A DNA stretch of 62,506 nucleotides, filler included, from Rhabdomonas costata (Eukaryota), in the NCBI GenBank assembly GCA_019059605.1. It is 33 parts of 33 records of this genome, joined end to end, with 100 filler letters (N's around TTAATTAATTAA, not from the genome) between each part and the next. Parts side by side here need not be neighbours in the genome. Positions count along the whole stretch, not along the records: positions 1 to 1,799 come from JAHMHO010008880.1; positions 1,900 to 3,698 come from JAHMHO010008881.1; positions 3,799 to 5,597 come from JAHMHO010008882.1; positions 5,698 to 7,487 come from JAHMHO010008883.1; positions 7,588 to 9,386 come from JAHMHO010008884.1; positions 9,487 to 11,284 come from JAHMHO010008885.1; positions 11,385 to 13,182 come from JAHMHO010008886.1; 26 more parts are not named here. One strand, 5' to 3'. A model generated the notes under the pieces. The model did not search any database. It was given only the letters and a program-made list of their open reading frames with translations, and was not told the DNA's origin. A program made the translations under genes and the position numbers. This document shows positions 1-13,099 of this stretch, piece by piece. Each line of letters opens with the position of its first letter. Position 1 is the first letter of the stretch.

Positions 1-1799
1 GGTGTTGTTGACTGGAATCTCAGCGCTTCCGCGAATTCCACTCAACAATGGAGCCCAAAGCAAGCGTGGTATTATCCTTCAGCTCAACGCACAGCAACTC
101 ACACCTTTGCAACTCCAACCAGCCGCATTCCCAGCGGAGCTTGGGGCAGCGCAGCCGCGAACAGCCCCGCAGGCCGCGGAGTGCGGCGGGTGCAGCGTAA
201 GGTCCTCAGTCGCATCAGGCAGCGCACGGCCATCCCCGCTGCCTGTTCGCGGATTGGGGCGAGGGAACGTCGTCCCTGGAGGCGGGTAGTCCCTGACCAG
301 AACAACCGCACACATGAATACGTCACCGTGCATTGAGGGAAAATGACCAAACGTTCGTGAGATTTCCCGTAAAAAGCAGAAAGGCTGAACAGATTCCGGA
401 AAGGCTGGTGGGCTAACCTTTTCCGCCAATTTGAATTGTCGAATTGCTGTCAGCTCAGAACGTGCCCGCTGAGAAGAAACAGACGCATGCTCGGTAGTTA
501 GGTAAGCCATCACGTTGGTGTTTGGGCCCGACTTGCACTCTACCCCGATCGCCACTCGCTATGTCGGCATACTAATCTGACCTAACTGACCGGAGCACGG
601 AGCCCCCTCCCAGCCCAGGAAAACGACCTGTCTGGTGGTTTTCAAAAGCGACTTTGGCAGCGCAGATGTTGCGCAGGACGGCGTGTTTGGCAGTCGCACG
701 CGAGCACTTGCAGATAACCACACCAGCACCCCGGGAGGCTTGCTTTGTGCAACCATACAGCGCCTAATCTCACGGAAGGGCGTGCTCTTCCCCAGTCGCA
801 AACTCGGGTGTGTACTGGTACTGTGCTGGTCTGGTCCGTAACAGACCGAAGGTGGTTTAAAACTGCTCGACCAATCGACTACCCAGCACATCCACGCCAG
901 AGGGCGCGGCCCAAGGCGCCCTCCTATTTGGAACGTTGCAGAAGCAGAACTTACAGCTTACCTACGAGCTTCCGGAGGCGGTGGGGCAGGCGGGCCAGGA
1001 AGGGAAGGCGAATCGGGAAGGCGAGGCAATTCCGAGACAGCAACCATCCCTGAGACCGGAGAAAAAAAGAGAGAGAACCAATAGTTTTTGTTTTCCCGCG
1101 TGATTGTCCAAACCGCAAAGTGTGATGCCGCCAACACAAAAACAGAGCAAGGGATGGAAAAGTGTCCAGCACGTGCGAGGGGCGAGCACCCAGGTAGTGT
1201 GCTCGGGACATACTTCTTCTTTTTATCCACCTTTCGGCTCCTCGCTTTCTTCTTCCAGCCCTGTATTCCGTCGTTTTTGAAAAGATACGTGCCCCGCAAA
1301 AAACTGAACTCATCCCAGCAATTGCTCGGCCAAAAAAGGGATCAATAAGGTGCAAGCACAGCCCAACTCATCCAATCCATTCCTCTCGGGGGGGGGGGCT
1401 GTGACAAGGCAGCGCGGGGAAAAGTTAGAGCAACCTTCGTAGGAGTACGGCGAGTGGACAAACCGGGTCGCCATTCTGTGGAAAGAGCTTGAAAAGGGAG
1501 AGAGAGCAGCGGTCTGCAGATCTGAAGGAGAGGGTACATTAGGAAAAATGCTCTGCGCCGAGGGTATGCACTTCTGCGCCCGCCGGAAGGATTGGAGACG
1601 TGGGGACCTGGGATGGATCGACGTTGAGAAAAATACAGCCAGTATCGACAAACGCTTCAAACGCTCCCAATGTCTTAGTCCTTAATCCTGCGCCCACATG
1701 ACGAGGGATCAAGGTCAGACACACTTAAAAGTCCCATCAATTGGGGGACTGTCAAACGCAGAACCAGGGGAGGCAGCAACGAAGGAGAGGGTACATTAG

Positions 1800-1899
1800 N
1801 NNNNNNNNNNNNNNNNNNNNNNNNNNNNNNNNNNNNNNNNNNNTTAATTAATTAANNNNNNNNNNNNNNNNNNNNNNNNNNNNNNNNNNNNNNNNNNNN
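1800..1899. other. Artificial contig spacer (first of 32 identical spacers)
   Basis: N44 + TTAATTAATTAA (stops in all six frames) + N44, recurring about every 1.9 kb (e.g. 3699-3798, 5598-5697, 47328-47427, 49225-49324, 60610-60709). It separates 33 contigs of about 1.8 kb. Confidence 0.98.
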
Positions 1900-2426
1900 G
1901 TTGGTGTTTGTCCAGCTCTGTGAGTTTTCGTTTAAGGCACTTCCTCTCCATTTTTCCCCTCCTCCTTGGCCAGCCGCAGCTCCTTCACGGGAAAAAACGG
2001 AGCAGGGGAAAAATGGAGAGGAAGTGCCTGAAACGAAAACTCACAGAGCCGGACATTCACCAGACCCAGAAGCAGCCTTTTGTGAGCGACGCTCATGGGA
2101 TTCTGAATCGGGGTGCGTTGTTTTGCCTTCAGCACAAGTCATGCGAAATGGTTTGGCGTTCCCTGGAGAAATACGCAAAATGAATGGAGATGGAACGAGA
2201 AAAAACCGCATAAAACAGACAATCTCATGAACTGTGCCATTGTCCTGGGGGGAAAGATGAAATGGAGTTTTCACCCTTAAAGGGAGGCCGTCTGGACACA
2301 TGGACGGCAGAAGTATTTCTTTTCGCTTGCTTGCAAAAAGAAAGAATCGGCCCGAAAGGAAACCCTCAACGCAGTGCAGCCGAGGGAATTTTCCAGGTGG
2401 GGGGAGGGGGGGCGGAAGAATAATAC

Positions 2427-3293
2427 CACAAGCTCACGCTGCGCTGAGATCTTCTGCTTGTCCTTCGAGGAGGCCTTGTCCCCTCCATCGGAGTCCGATC
2501 CCTGTAAAGCGCGCGTGAATCTGTCATTCACCATCAAAGGCTGCAAGGCATGACAACAACAGTCTAACAGCTCCACAGACCCACACCTTTTCGGCACTGT
2601 CGAGGAATTTGGGGTCTTAAACGAACGCATGTCGTTTTAGTTCAAACCGAACTTGCCGATAATGCTACCAAAAAATTATGCTTTCTGGACAGGGGCGATC
2701 AGTAGCAAATGCACAACCACACTTCGCGCCCCCCCCCCGCTCAAAAAAGACCGTGTGACAAAATCTCTGTGGCCTTTTTTTTACTTTATGTCTTATTTTT
2801 ATTGGTCACACTGAAAAGAGGGCTAAGCCGAAGCAGGGCTGGGGTCTTTTGTATATACAGCAGGCCTCCCGAAACGCTGCGTGGCCGTCCTTGGGGTCAG
2901 GAGAGTTCCGACCTTTCACCCTCGGCCGGTGGTCACACTGAAGGTTCGCAAAATGTAGTTGCGCCGAAACAAAGTGCAGAAGGAAGGGTAAGGGGGAAGC
3001 AAGCAAAAAAGCATCAGCATTGGAAAAAAAGACGCTGAAACGAAGATTCGCAGCAGGTTCTCAGACGCTTGGAATTTCCAGCAAAAAAAAAAAGGGCGAG
3101 CCCCACCCCAAGAAGAGAGCACCACAAACAACCAAGGTACCCTCGCACACACCTCGTCCCTGCGGGCAGTGCCTCCCTCTTGCGCGGCAAGGCAGCTGTC
3201 GAGCTGCCGCCTCAGCCTGGCACTCTCCGCCTGGGCAGCACGCAGCTCCTCCTTCGCCGCGCTGACCTCCACACGGGCCTCGGCAAGCTCAGC
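2427..3293 (-). CDS. Exons of a coiled-coil protein, partial (3153-3293, 2427-2501)
   Basis: Both exons are AG/GT-bounded and phase 0: AELAEARVEVSAAKEELRAAQAESARLRRQLDSC...RDE and GSDSDGGDKASSKDKQKISAQRELV. Confidence 0.5.
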
Positions 3294-3336
3294 CTGCAAC
3301 CCCACCACCAGTTGTCTCACCCACAACATAAGAAAC

Positions 3337-3381
3337 CTCTCTCTCTCTCTTTCTCTCTTTCTCTCTCTCTCTCTGCTCTCT
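3337..3381. repeat. (CT)n microsatellite
   Basis: Visible dinucleotide run upstream of the minus-strand exon at 3293. Confidence 0.85.
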
Positions 3382-3828
3382 CGGAAGCGGAAGGACCCTC
3401 CTATGTCGCACCACACCAGCAGGTGGGGTAAAGACCTCTTTGGAGCGCCGGTCTAGAGCGCGATAGACAAGACCAAAGGCCCCCTCACCGACCTTCGCTC
3501 ATCTTTTTTCTTTTCTTTTTTATTTTTCCCCCCGAGAGGGATCCTGAACCAAGAAAGAGGTAGTAGTGGTCATGGCAGCTTGAATGTTTAGTGGGTGTAC
3601 GATATTATATTGTACCGAACTGCTTCAAATTGACACAAAAAAAGCAATTTCGTGGGCGACTGGACATGTCCAAGGCTCCATTGCGGGCGAATATGCATNN
3701 NNNNNNNNNNNNNNNNNNNNNNNNNNNNNNNNNNNNNNNNNNTTAATTAATTAANNNNNNNNNNNNNNNNNNNNNNNNNNNNNNNNNNNNNNNNNNNNGT
3801 GGTGGGTGTGTTTGGGTTTTGGGGTGGT

Positions 3829-4188
3829 AACTGATGACGAACGAGAGGGAACGTGCAGCCCCATAGCCCCATACGTCTTCGCGGTTTTCGCCCCGGCCAC
3901 CCCAATGCAGATCTGGTGCTCGCGGCTGGGAAGCCTCTCCACGCGCACGCAGAAGGGCTCCGCCGTGCCTGGGAACGTAAACTCCTGTATTGTCAGAAGG
4001 GTGGCCTTGCGCGACTCCTTGCACACCGCCGTGGTGTCAGTCTGGTCGCAGTCAATCGAGCGCATGCAGTCAATGAAGGTGTACCCCTTGGCGGGATCGT
4101 ACTCTTTGGTGGGGTACCGCTCCTCACTACTTTCCGGCTGCTGAATCACCGCTGCCAAGGCTCGAGAATACTCGACTTCCGCGGACAT
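3829..4188 (-). CDS. Hypothetical protein, N-terminal part (MSAEVEYSRALAAVIQQPE...)
   Basis: ATG directly after a polypyrimidine tract ending in AG. The GC3-rich frame stays open to the contig end. No family recognised. Confidence 0.55.
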
Positions 4189-5810
4189 CTTGTAAAGAGT
4201 GAAAAAAGTAGTGGGTAAAAGGCGAGAGCGTGAGTGAGGCAAAGGAAAGAAAGGCTATGGACGAGAATACGAGGATGCGAAGCTAAAGAAGCTAGGGATC
4301 ACAAAAACATATGCACCAACAAAATAGGCAACGAACCCGAAGCCTGGAGCGCAACATTTGTCTATGCTCTGCTGGGGCACATACGCGTTCAAATCCAAAT
4401 GGCAAGTTAGTTGAATCTGCTGTGGAGCCTCGTTCGGGGAAGAACCTCACAGGGTGAGGGAAAGGGGGCGGTGAAAAGGGCTCACCCTGGCCTAGCCACT
4501 GGTGTTCCCCAAGCTGAAAGTCTCCCCGCCATCTCCCGGTGCCTCTCTGACTTTTTGGGAAGGGCGGAGGCACCGCATACTCCCCCTCTCCGAATCCCTC
4601 CCCGTATCATGTTCCTCGCTTTTGTGTTCACCGGGGTGTCGTTTGGTGCTTTGTGTGTAGGCATTCTTCTGCTTTCCCATAAGGTTTCAGATAAAAGGCT
4701 CCCTTGTACCACAGTTCCCTCAGCTCATGCCCCGCTCCGTTCCCGCCGATCCCTCAGGTTCTCCCTGGCAACCACGAGTGCTCTGTGCCTGTCGCGCACT
4801 GATTGAGAGTGTGCAGGTGGATTTGGGGAACGCGTCAGCATTCATTCTGCCGCGAAAAAGAAACCGCAGCACAGAAAAATACATCGGTTCCGCAAAAAAA
4901 CCATAAGACCACTGATTTGAAGCAGCCTCCTCTAAAGAGTTTCGCTTGCGCACTGCAAGCTCCAAAGCGGACTGCAGATGCACCACACTTCAAGAAATGG
5001 AAAGGAGGCAACCCCTTCCCGGCTTCTCACAGCGCTTCCAAGTGCAAGCCGACCTCCCAATAAGATTGGACGAAAACTGTAATGACGTGTTTGTGGTATT
5101 TCCTCAAAAGTTCAATCTTCTCCTCCTACCGCAACCAGTTCCACAACCAGCACTGTGTTGTCAGTGAATGACCCCCTTCCTCTGCAGCGAATGCCGTCAA
5201 AAGTCAACAAACATCCAATTTCGAAGGATGCAAACGTGACGCGGAACCCAAATCAGAGCAAGCCGACAATGTCTGGTGAAGTTCAACGCCAAGGGAGCGG
5301 AGAAGACTGCAAATGGACAGGGATGAGAAATCACCCTGGAATTCGAACGCCCCGGCGAAACCTCTGGATAAGATACGCACATGGAAGGGGAGGAGCTCAC
5401 ATGCTCGCACAATAAAAATGTGCGAATCAAAACCAACACCCGGAGCAAACCAGTGAAACGCTAGTGTACAACAACGACACACAAGTCCATTTCAGTACGC
5501 ACGCGTAATACAAAAACACTTCTTCCCAGAGGACAAGCAAAAAACGAGATAATGGAGAAAAGGAAAACAGGAAAGCGTGGACCCGTGAAGTCGTAAGNNN
5601 NNNNNNNNNNNNNNNNNNNNNNNNNNNNNNNNNNNNNNNNNTTAATTAATTAANNNNNNNNNNNNNNNNNNNNNNNNNNNNNNNNNNNNNNNNNNNNACC
5701 ATTCTTCAAGTTTTTATTGTATAAGTCTTTATGATCAGTCTTTCTTTCGCCACTGTTGACGGGTACTACGTCAATTGGGCCGGAAACTGTGCGGGTTGTA
5801 CGCGCCACAG

Positions 5811-7312
5811 GAGGCGGGGATGCCCCCTGGGGTGCTGAACTTCATCCCCGCCAAAGGCTCGGACGTGGGCCGGGTGCTGTTGCCGCACAAGGACCTCGCC
5901 GGGGTGCACTTCACGGGCTCCACGGACACCTTTGCGGTGGTGTGGCAGACCATCTCCAAGAACCTCCGCCCGTACTTCTCGTACCCCCGAGTGGTCGGCG
6001 AGACAGGTGTGGGACCGGTGGGACGCCCAATTGTGCTATCCCCCCCTCTCAATCATTGCTCTGGGTTTGTTTTATGCTTGTGCCCCAACACATTCCAAAA
6101 TCTTCGTGAGCGCTTGGAATTAGATAATGTATTTTGTTCCTTTCATTTTCGTTTTGCGTTTATTGCCTCTCGGCTACGGCATAACTTCCCCCGGAAACAA
6201 ATGCCTGCTTCCTCCAGCACTACCCTGTCTTGAAAAACCAGCGAACAGCAAAAATGACTGACATTTGCCATTGCACCTACTCGCATTGCAGGGTTACATG
6301 AATGGCTTTCAACCCAGGTGTGGCCTCCCTCTCAGTATTGTATCTTGTTTGCTTTGGTGTATACCTCCCGTCCCCGTCCCAGCCGGTGCTCATCATCAGT
6401 CATCGGCCGGTCAGATTAGGCGTCAGCAAACGCAGTTTGCGCCCAACACACTTGAAGGATGGCGAAGGAAGAATCCACCGGGAAGTGGGCTAAGCAAATC
6501 CCCGTCCCCATGCGAATAAAGCGCCGCGTTAGCCCTCAGGACACTGGACTGCACGTCTTCCGAGGGCTGTCAACACACACATACACGCATCATGACTGGG
6601 ACCACCAGATGGTAATCGATTGGAAAACAAGCAGTTGTTTGTAGGGATAAGCGCAAACTTCAAATTGCAAGCAGAGCACGAAAAATGCAAACTAAGGGTT
6701 CAGCTTAGGCATTTTGGCAGTCACCGCCCGCACCAGACACACAATTGCAAGAGCATCCACATCCACATCCACATCCCCTCCACCCCGTTTCACCTGCAGG
6801 GGGCAAGAACTTCCACTTCGTGCACAGCAGCGCGGACATCCGCAGCGCGGTGCACCACACGGTGCGCTCGGCGTTTGAGTACCAGGGCCAGAAGTGCTCG
6901 GCGTGCTCCCGGCTTTACGTGCCCTCGGATCGGTGGCCGGAGTTTCGTGACCTCATGATGGAAGACATCCGCCAGATCAAGGCACGCCAGCGAAAACATT
7001 CAGTCCTCCCAACCCGCGCCATCCGTATTACTACCTTCAAGAGCCGCTCACAGCGTCCTGAGAAGACCGGCTGAAACGGGGGGCAGTGCACTAGGCTCGG
7101 TCCGAAGCAGAAGACATCAAGGACAAGGAATCAACGCTTTTCCTGTGCGTGTGGGTGAAATCCCGTTGGATATGCGCGATGGGCCTCACAGATGGGCGAT
7201 GTGGAGGACTTCAGCATCTTCATGGCCGCCGTGGTGGACGACGGCGCCTACCGAGACATCATCAAGTACATCGAGATCGCGCGCAAGGATCCCAGCTGCA
7301 AGATTATCGCAG
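5811..7312 (+). CDS. ALDH4A1: Delta-1-pyrroline-5-carboxylate dehydrogenase, internal exons (5811-6006, 6800-6981, 7192-7312)
   Basis: Motifs EAGMPPGVLNF, LAGVHFTGST, YPRVVGETG|GKNFHFVH, SAFEYQGQKCSACSRLYVP and MGDVEDF...FMAAVVD are characteristic of ALDH4/PUT2. The exons join in frame through one GT-AG and one GC-AG intron. Confidence 0.93.
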
Positions 7313-9570
7313 GTATGGGGAGCCTCCCTTCCGCTCGCTACGGTAAAATCCAAAAAGTCTATTAGAGAGAGCAGGTCGTCCACGTGGTCGTAAAAGTACT
7401 TTACGAAGAGGTACCGGTGGTGATGAAGGGAGTGCCACAACCGACAAACCAGGCAAACGGTCCTGTGGCTTCGAACGAACCCGAACANNNNNNNNNNNNN
7501 NNNNNNNNNNNNNNNNNNNNNNNNNNNNNNNTTAATTAATTAANNNNNNNNNNNNNNNNNNNNNNNNNNNNNNNNNNNNNNNNNNNNGTGTTGGGTCGCT
7601 GCAACTGGGTGGGCCGCCCACTCCGTTGGGGTGCAGTGGAAGGGTTGGGTCCAACCCAGACCCAACAGTAGAGGGAAGACCTCCCTCCGCCTCCATGTAG
7701 GAAGACCCCGCGGGTTCTGCCGTGGGGTTTGCGACGGAGACGTCGCACTTCTGCTTGGGCTGATGCACATCACCCCGACCCACAAAAAGCCCAGAAAAGC
7801 TGTTTTTTGTCACATCATTAGATCCAGAATCAACATCAGGGCAAAGTCGAAGGAGGCCTTGGATCTCTTCAGGAGAGCTAGACGGGCAAATCTTTACCGC
7901 ACCGTAGTAGGATCCTGACCACAGACTGACCATTACGCCCACTTTCCCACAGCACTTCTCCGACCTCTAATCTGGTTCACGCTATTGCATTCCGCCCAAA
8001 TTTCCCTTTTCTGAACCCCAGCCGTTGCAAGTCATGCGTCTATGTGACGATTTTCCAGGGGGGGGGGAACTCGGCACCAAATCAGCACGTTTTTGTAAAC
8101 CGGGTAAACAAATAGGTATTCTATGTGGCCTTCCGATGGTTTGTACAGCGGTGTAGGATTGAAAACCTATGCAAGGAGAAGAAGAACAACAACGAAAACG
8201 CAAAGAAGAGCGATAAATCCAGACATTCAAAACTTATTTTCTGAGTAAACTGGGTAAATATTATCGCCCCCCCCCCCCGTAATTGCTGGAGAGGGCACTG
8301 AAAAGGTGCTCAGTTTGGACAGTTTGAAGTGTGCTCAAGGAGCAAGGGAATGGGGCTTCTGCCGTCCTCCGGCAGGATCTACCCTTTTCCCGCCTCTCGC
8401 TCGCTCTCGCAACATTTGAGGGAGTGAAACGGCGAAACGGCGGGAACAATTTGTCACTTGCGGTCCCGGGTCTTCCTACCTTCCTCATCTTTTTTCTCGT
8501 CATTGTCATTTGTTGCAATAGGCTATCCTGCAATGACCCCAACGTGGCAGTGGGGGTACTCGGTACACTCACCTCTTGCAGGAGTTGCATCACGTACTCT
8601 CGGTCAAGAAGGCGCCGCAGCTGCTCGTCAGATATCGGCACGTTGAGGCCAAAGGAGGCTACAAAGCCACACGTTCCCACCACATTACCCACCCAACACC
8701 TCGAAGCAAACCACACACTGCGTTCATCGTGGTAAAGATACACCCAACAATATTCCAAACAAAAACAAAAGTTAGGTCTCTCCACAAAAATGCTGCTGAA
8801 AAAGCCCCATTTCTTCCTTCTCTGGATGCAGGACGGCCAATCAGCCTCGGGGCGGGGCCTTTTTCTCACCACACAACGATACCATTCATTCGCAACACCC
8901 GTTTACGTGTCTTTGGCATTTGGTTAGCCACGGCGAGGAAGGGGAAAAAGATGTGATTGAGAAGTCGGAAAGCGATGGGAATGCGCACCATCTGCGCCTG
9001 TCCGCGTCAGAGCGTCTTCCAAGTCAGAGAGGTCGAGCTTCTGGCGGTTCTCCCTATTTGATATTAAGGGAAGAGCGGTTGCACCTCTTCTCGTGGAATA
9101 GCTACGCACAGGCTTAAACGAGAATGACTGGAACAGGCCTGAGCGGGTTCCGAGGGCAACACATCGACGGGAATGAGAGCTGGTTGAAGAGTCACAGAGA
9201 ACTGCATGAAAAGTCTGTGTACGCACGCGGAGAAGATAGACCTCAAACGTGACCCGACGCTGAAGAACTTATTCAACTCTCTTTAAAAACGCGGCACATA
9301 CTCACGCTCTCATGCCCACAAAAACGAACTCCACACACACAAACACACACACACACACACACAACAAACTAAACTCACCCAACACANNNNNNNNNNNNNN
9401 NNNNNNNNNNNNNNNNNNNNNNNNNNNNNNTTAATTAATTAANNNNNNNNNNNNNNNNNNNNNNNNNNNNNNNNNNNNNNNNNNNNCATCAATACCGATC
9501 AAATCATACATTCCTACAAAGTAAATAACAAAACTATAACAGAAGACAACATAAGAACAACGGAAAATAC

Positions 9571-11215
9571 GTTTTCGAGTCATCCAGCACGGTGTTCAAG
9601 TTCTCAATCCAAAGAGTATCCACAGGGCCGTCGACCTCAATCCAAACGTGGTCATTGCGGCGCTTGCACGCCTTACGCCATAGTGACGAGAAGACACCAT
9701 CACTCCAGTCCCCAGTGGACTTGTCTAACTTCCCGAACATCTGCACGGTCGTCAAGGCCTTGGGATTCATCCTCCATGACTTAACGGGGGTTCCCATTTG
9801 GCCAAGAGCAAGAGAAAGAAACCTCAGCAACGACGTCTTGCCAACGCCACTTGGGCCCATCACACATATTCCATGCCGAACCAGCCATTGCTCATGGAAT
9901 TGCATCATCTTCCGCACCCAGTCTTCATGAAAAATTAATCCTGCTTTCTCAACCACGCTGGTGACCGCAGAATGCAGCGCTGTGTTGTCCGAGTAATCAA
10001 GAACCAAACCAGGAAAGAGATCCTGGATAAGCGAGCCAAAGAGAAGACAGTCTTCATCAATAAGTTTGCTCAGGTTCATGTCCCTTAAAACTCTCATCAG
10101 CACGGAAGTCTCCGTATCTGCCCCGATAATCTGCTCCCGGCCACAACGCCGCAGAGTAGATCCACAGGTGCGCAGCATCGACAAAATGTTTCGCAAACCG
10201 AAGTCGTAGTGGGTCTGCTTGGACAGCTGCTCCTCACAAAGCTTGTACAGCACGAAGAACTTTCTGGATAGCAGCTGACTCTCTTGAAACCCAGCAGCTG
10301 CCAAACGTACACGAATGATAACCAAACGATCAGGAACAACTACAGCAATAGGTCTAAACAATGCCTTCATATTCTCTGGAAGCTCCTGAGAAGAAAAGAA
10401 GGAGAAGTACTACCTTGCAGTTGGAATGCAGACAGGGCCACGACAAAATCTTTGGAGGTGAGGATGTCATTAGGTGAATAGGCCCATACACAAGTCAGTC
10501 CAAAGCAGCGACACCAAAGAAGACAACGACCAGCAAAGCGGCAAGCATGATGGTTATTTGCACCAGTTGCATGCAATCCGGTCGAATGTATCACGTTGAA
10601 ATTCGTATGTGCATCTAAAGAACAAAAACACATGGTTTTCCAGGATCAACCATCATACCGTTCGACCCGCATAAGACGGGTTCATGGTGACGAAGACGGC
10701 GCAACGGTTGTCCAGCTTGATGGTAGTGCCGTCCGTAAACTTAAATTCTTTTCGGCGCTCCCGTTTTGCGTTGAAGAGACATCCAACCTGCGCGGCGACC
10801 ACACTGAGCACCTCAACCTGCACTCGGTTGACTTCATCAAAGCAGCACCAGCATCCAGCTTGAGCAACGCCCTTGAAGAGCCGGCCCATTCCGTGGGTGG
10901 TCATTTGATCCGAACAGTTGATGACAATGAAGAGCCTTCCGCAACAGCGCCCCATGTCTTTGGCTGTTTCTGTCTTGCCGGTTCCAGCTGGCCCCGAGGG
11001 AGAGCCGCCATAATACATTCCCATTGCTTGCGCACTGCAAAAGGAAGCATAAGAGGGCAGCAGAACGAGCATATCTCCAAAAAGGGCAGTTATGAAGAAA
11101 AAAACAACAACAAAACAGACCTGGAAATGTATATGCGATCGGTCAGGTCAGTAACAACCAGCCGCTCCGAACACCCCAAGTACTCAAAGCCGTACTCGAA
11201 ATTCACATCTGTGAT
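9571..11215 (-). CDS. DNAH5: Axonemal dynein heavy chain (outer-arm DNAH5/8-like), AAA1-AAA2 region (exons 11121-11215, 10659-11034, 9571-10385)
   Basis: P-loop [60 protein letters not shown]2 GPSGVGKT and [18 protein letters not shown]. All introns are GT-AG. Confidence 0.93.
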
Positions 11216-11945
11216 CTGTGGAAGAAAATAGTAAGCAAAAGGGACAAGAAAAACATCACAAAAGCGCGAGGTGGCGGGGTTAGGNNNNNNNNNNNNNNNN
11301 NNNNNNNNNNNNNNNNNNNNNNNNNNNNTTAATTAATTAANNNNNNNNNNNNNNNNNNNNNNNNNNNNNNNNNNNNNNNNNNNNTTTTGTTGTGTTTTGG
11401 CACACTGCGCCAGATTGTTGTTTTTTTGAAGCGTGACCCCCCTTTGAATCATAGGCCATTATGCTCTTTCGCGTGTGGGATGTTGACTGTGGACTTATTT
11501 GTGGTTCTTGTGTGTGGACCAAGACTCTTTACTGTTGATGTTAGGAGCAGGTTTGGGTAGCTGAAGAAGCTTTTTGGTCTTTGCGCGTGCGTGCTTGGAA
11601 GCACGAATCCAGTCACATACACTTCATAAAGATATTGGCTTTGTCGACATATAATGAGCAATTTGACAAAAAAAAAGCACCGTCTCATGCATGCTTCCCA
11701 CACACACACACACAAGTACACAAAGATGCACAGGCAAACGTGCCACACGTTCACCAAAGGACTTGGGGGAGGGGGAGGTGCAGGATCTTTCTTGTTCTGT
11801 GTCGTCGTGTGGTCGCCCCGTACTCCACACTATAAGCGCAGGTTTTCCGCGCGATTATAAGCAACTCTTACATGATCGGGCATCAGCGTTCGCTCCGCAT
11901 AGCATCGGTCATCCACCCTTTGTGCACCTTCACCGCCCCACACAG

Positions 11946-13099
11946 ATCCTCAATGGGGATCCCAAGTTCAGGCGGCAAGTGCTGAGCAGCCTGTTCCGCG
12001 ACAAGTCGGTATTCACCCCAGGCTTCGAGCCACTGTCATTGCAGGTATGACCATGGGATCGGTGTGTGCGGGTGGGGGTGCCAGGTGCACTGAACTTCGT
12101 TGTTGTTTGCATTGAATTGTAGGTTTCGGGCCTGTCTTGGGATTGGGATTGTTTTGCTGACGCCATTTGCATCCAGATGGAACTTAATGATGTTCAGAGG
12201 GTTTTGGTGGAGACAGTATGGCGAAGTAGCTCACCGGGCCCCTTTTTTCCGGGCGGCTTTCCCTTCTGCGTTTGCCGCCTCAGTTTCTGCTTTACATCCC
12301 GTTCCTGGTGTGCTTCGTGTTCTTCTTCATGTACTCCGCGAACATCGGCGAGACCTTCTTTGTGGTACAAAGTATATGTGTGCTTGGTGCTCTCGCCAGT
12401 GGGAAGGTCGAGCCAGAGGATACTCCTTATTATTGAGGAACATGACGTGTTGGGGCTTGTGCAGCGCCTCATTCTGCGCTGTTAGTATGGTGGACTGTTG
12501 ATGCACGGTGAGGTCTTTCCGGCGGCTTTCTGATGACGTTGGAGAGGGATGTTTTTCAATGTGCCATCTCTTGCATTGCTGCTCGCGGGTCACCGCTTAG
12601 TGCTCTGACATTTGCATTGTTTTTTTTTGGTAATGATGGTGATTGAGGGACGATTTTAACGGCTCCTGACAATTGGGATGGCGTCTGCACAGCATGTTGA
12701 TTGCTTCGACCCAGGTGTGGTCCTGGAATATGGGACCGTTTGGTAATGGGAATGGCCATTACTTTTGAACCGTCTCTCAGTTCCAGCTCTCTACCTCCGC
12801 TCTGCCGCCCCGCAGGCTTTCGCAGTGAGCTGGTGGACTTCCCCTTCAACCGCACCTTCCAGAAGTCCTTCAGCAACAACTTCGACCGTGCCAGCGACTG
12901 GGTGACATGGCACAATGACATCGCGCTGCGGTTCCTGTGGGACCCCGTCCGGCCCTCCGAGGCTCTGGCCAGCCGAACCCTGCTGGGCCAGAACGTCCTC
13001 CTGGGGGCCCTGCGGCTGCGGGTGCAGCGGGCACTGTCCACCTCCTGCGTGTGGGCCACTGGGTCCCTGCCGAAAGGCTACGTCGATACTCATTCAACG
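11946..13099 (+). CDS. Polycystin-2/TRPP-like cation channel, partial (exons 11946-12008, 12177-12215, 12284-12371, 12816-~13099)
   Basis: A TM segment FLLYIPFLVCFVFFF is followed by the TOP-domain-like motif NVLLGALRLRVQR...SC (cf. PKD2 NRLLGVPRIRQLRV...SC). Exon phases are compatible. Confidence 0.7.
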
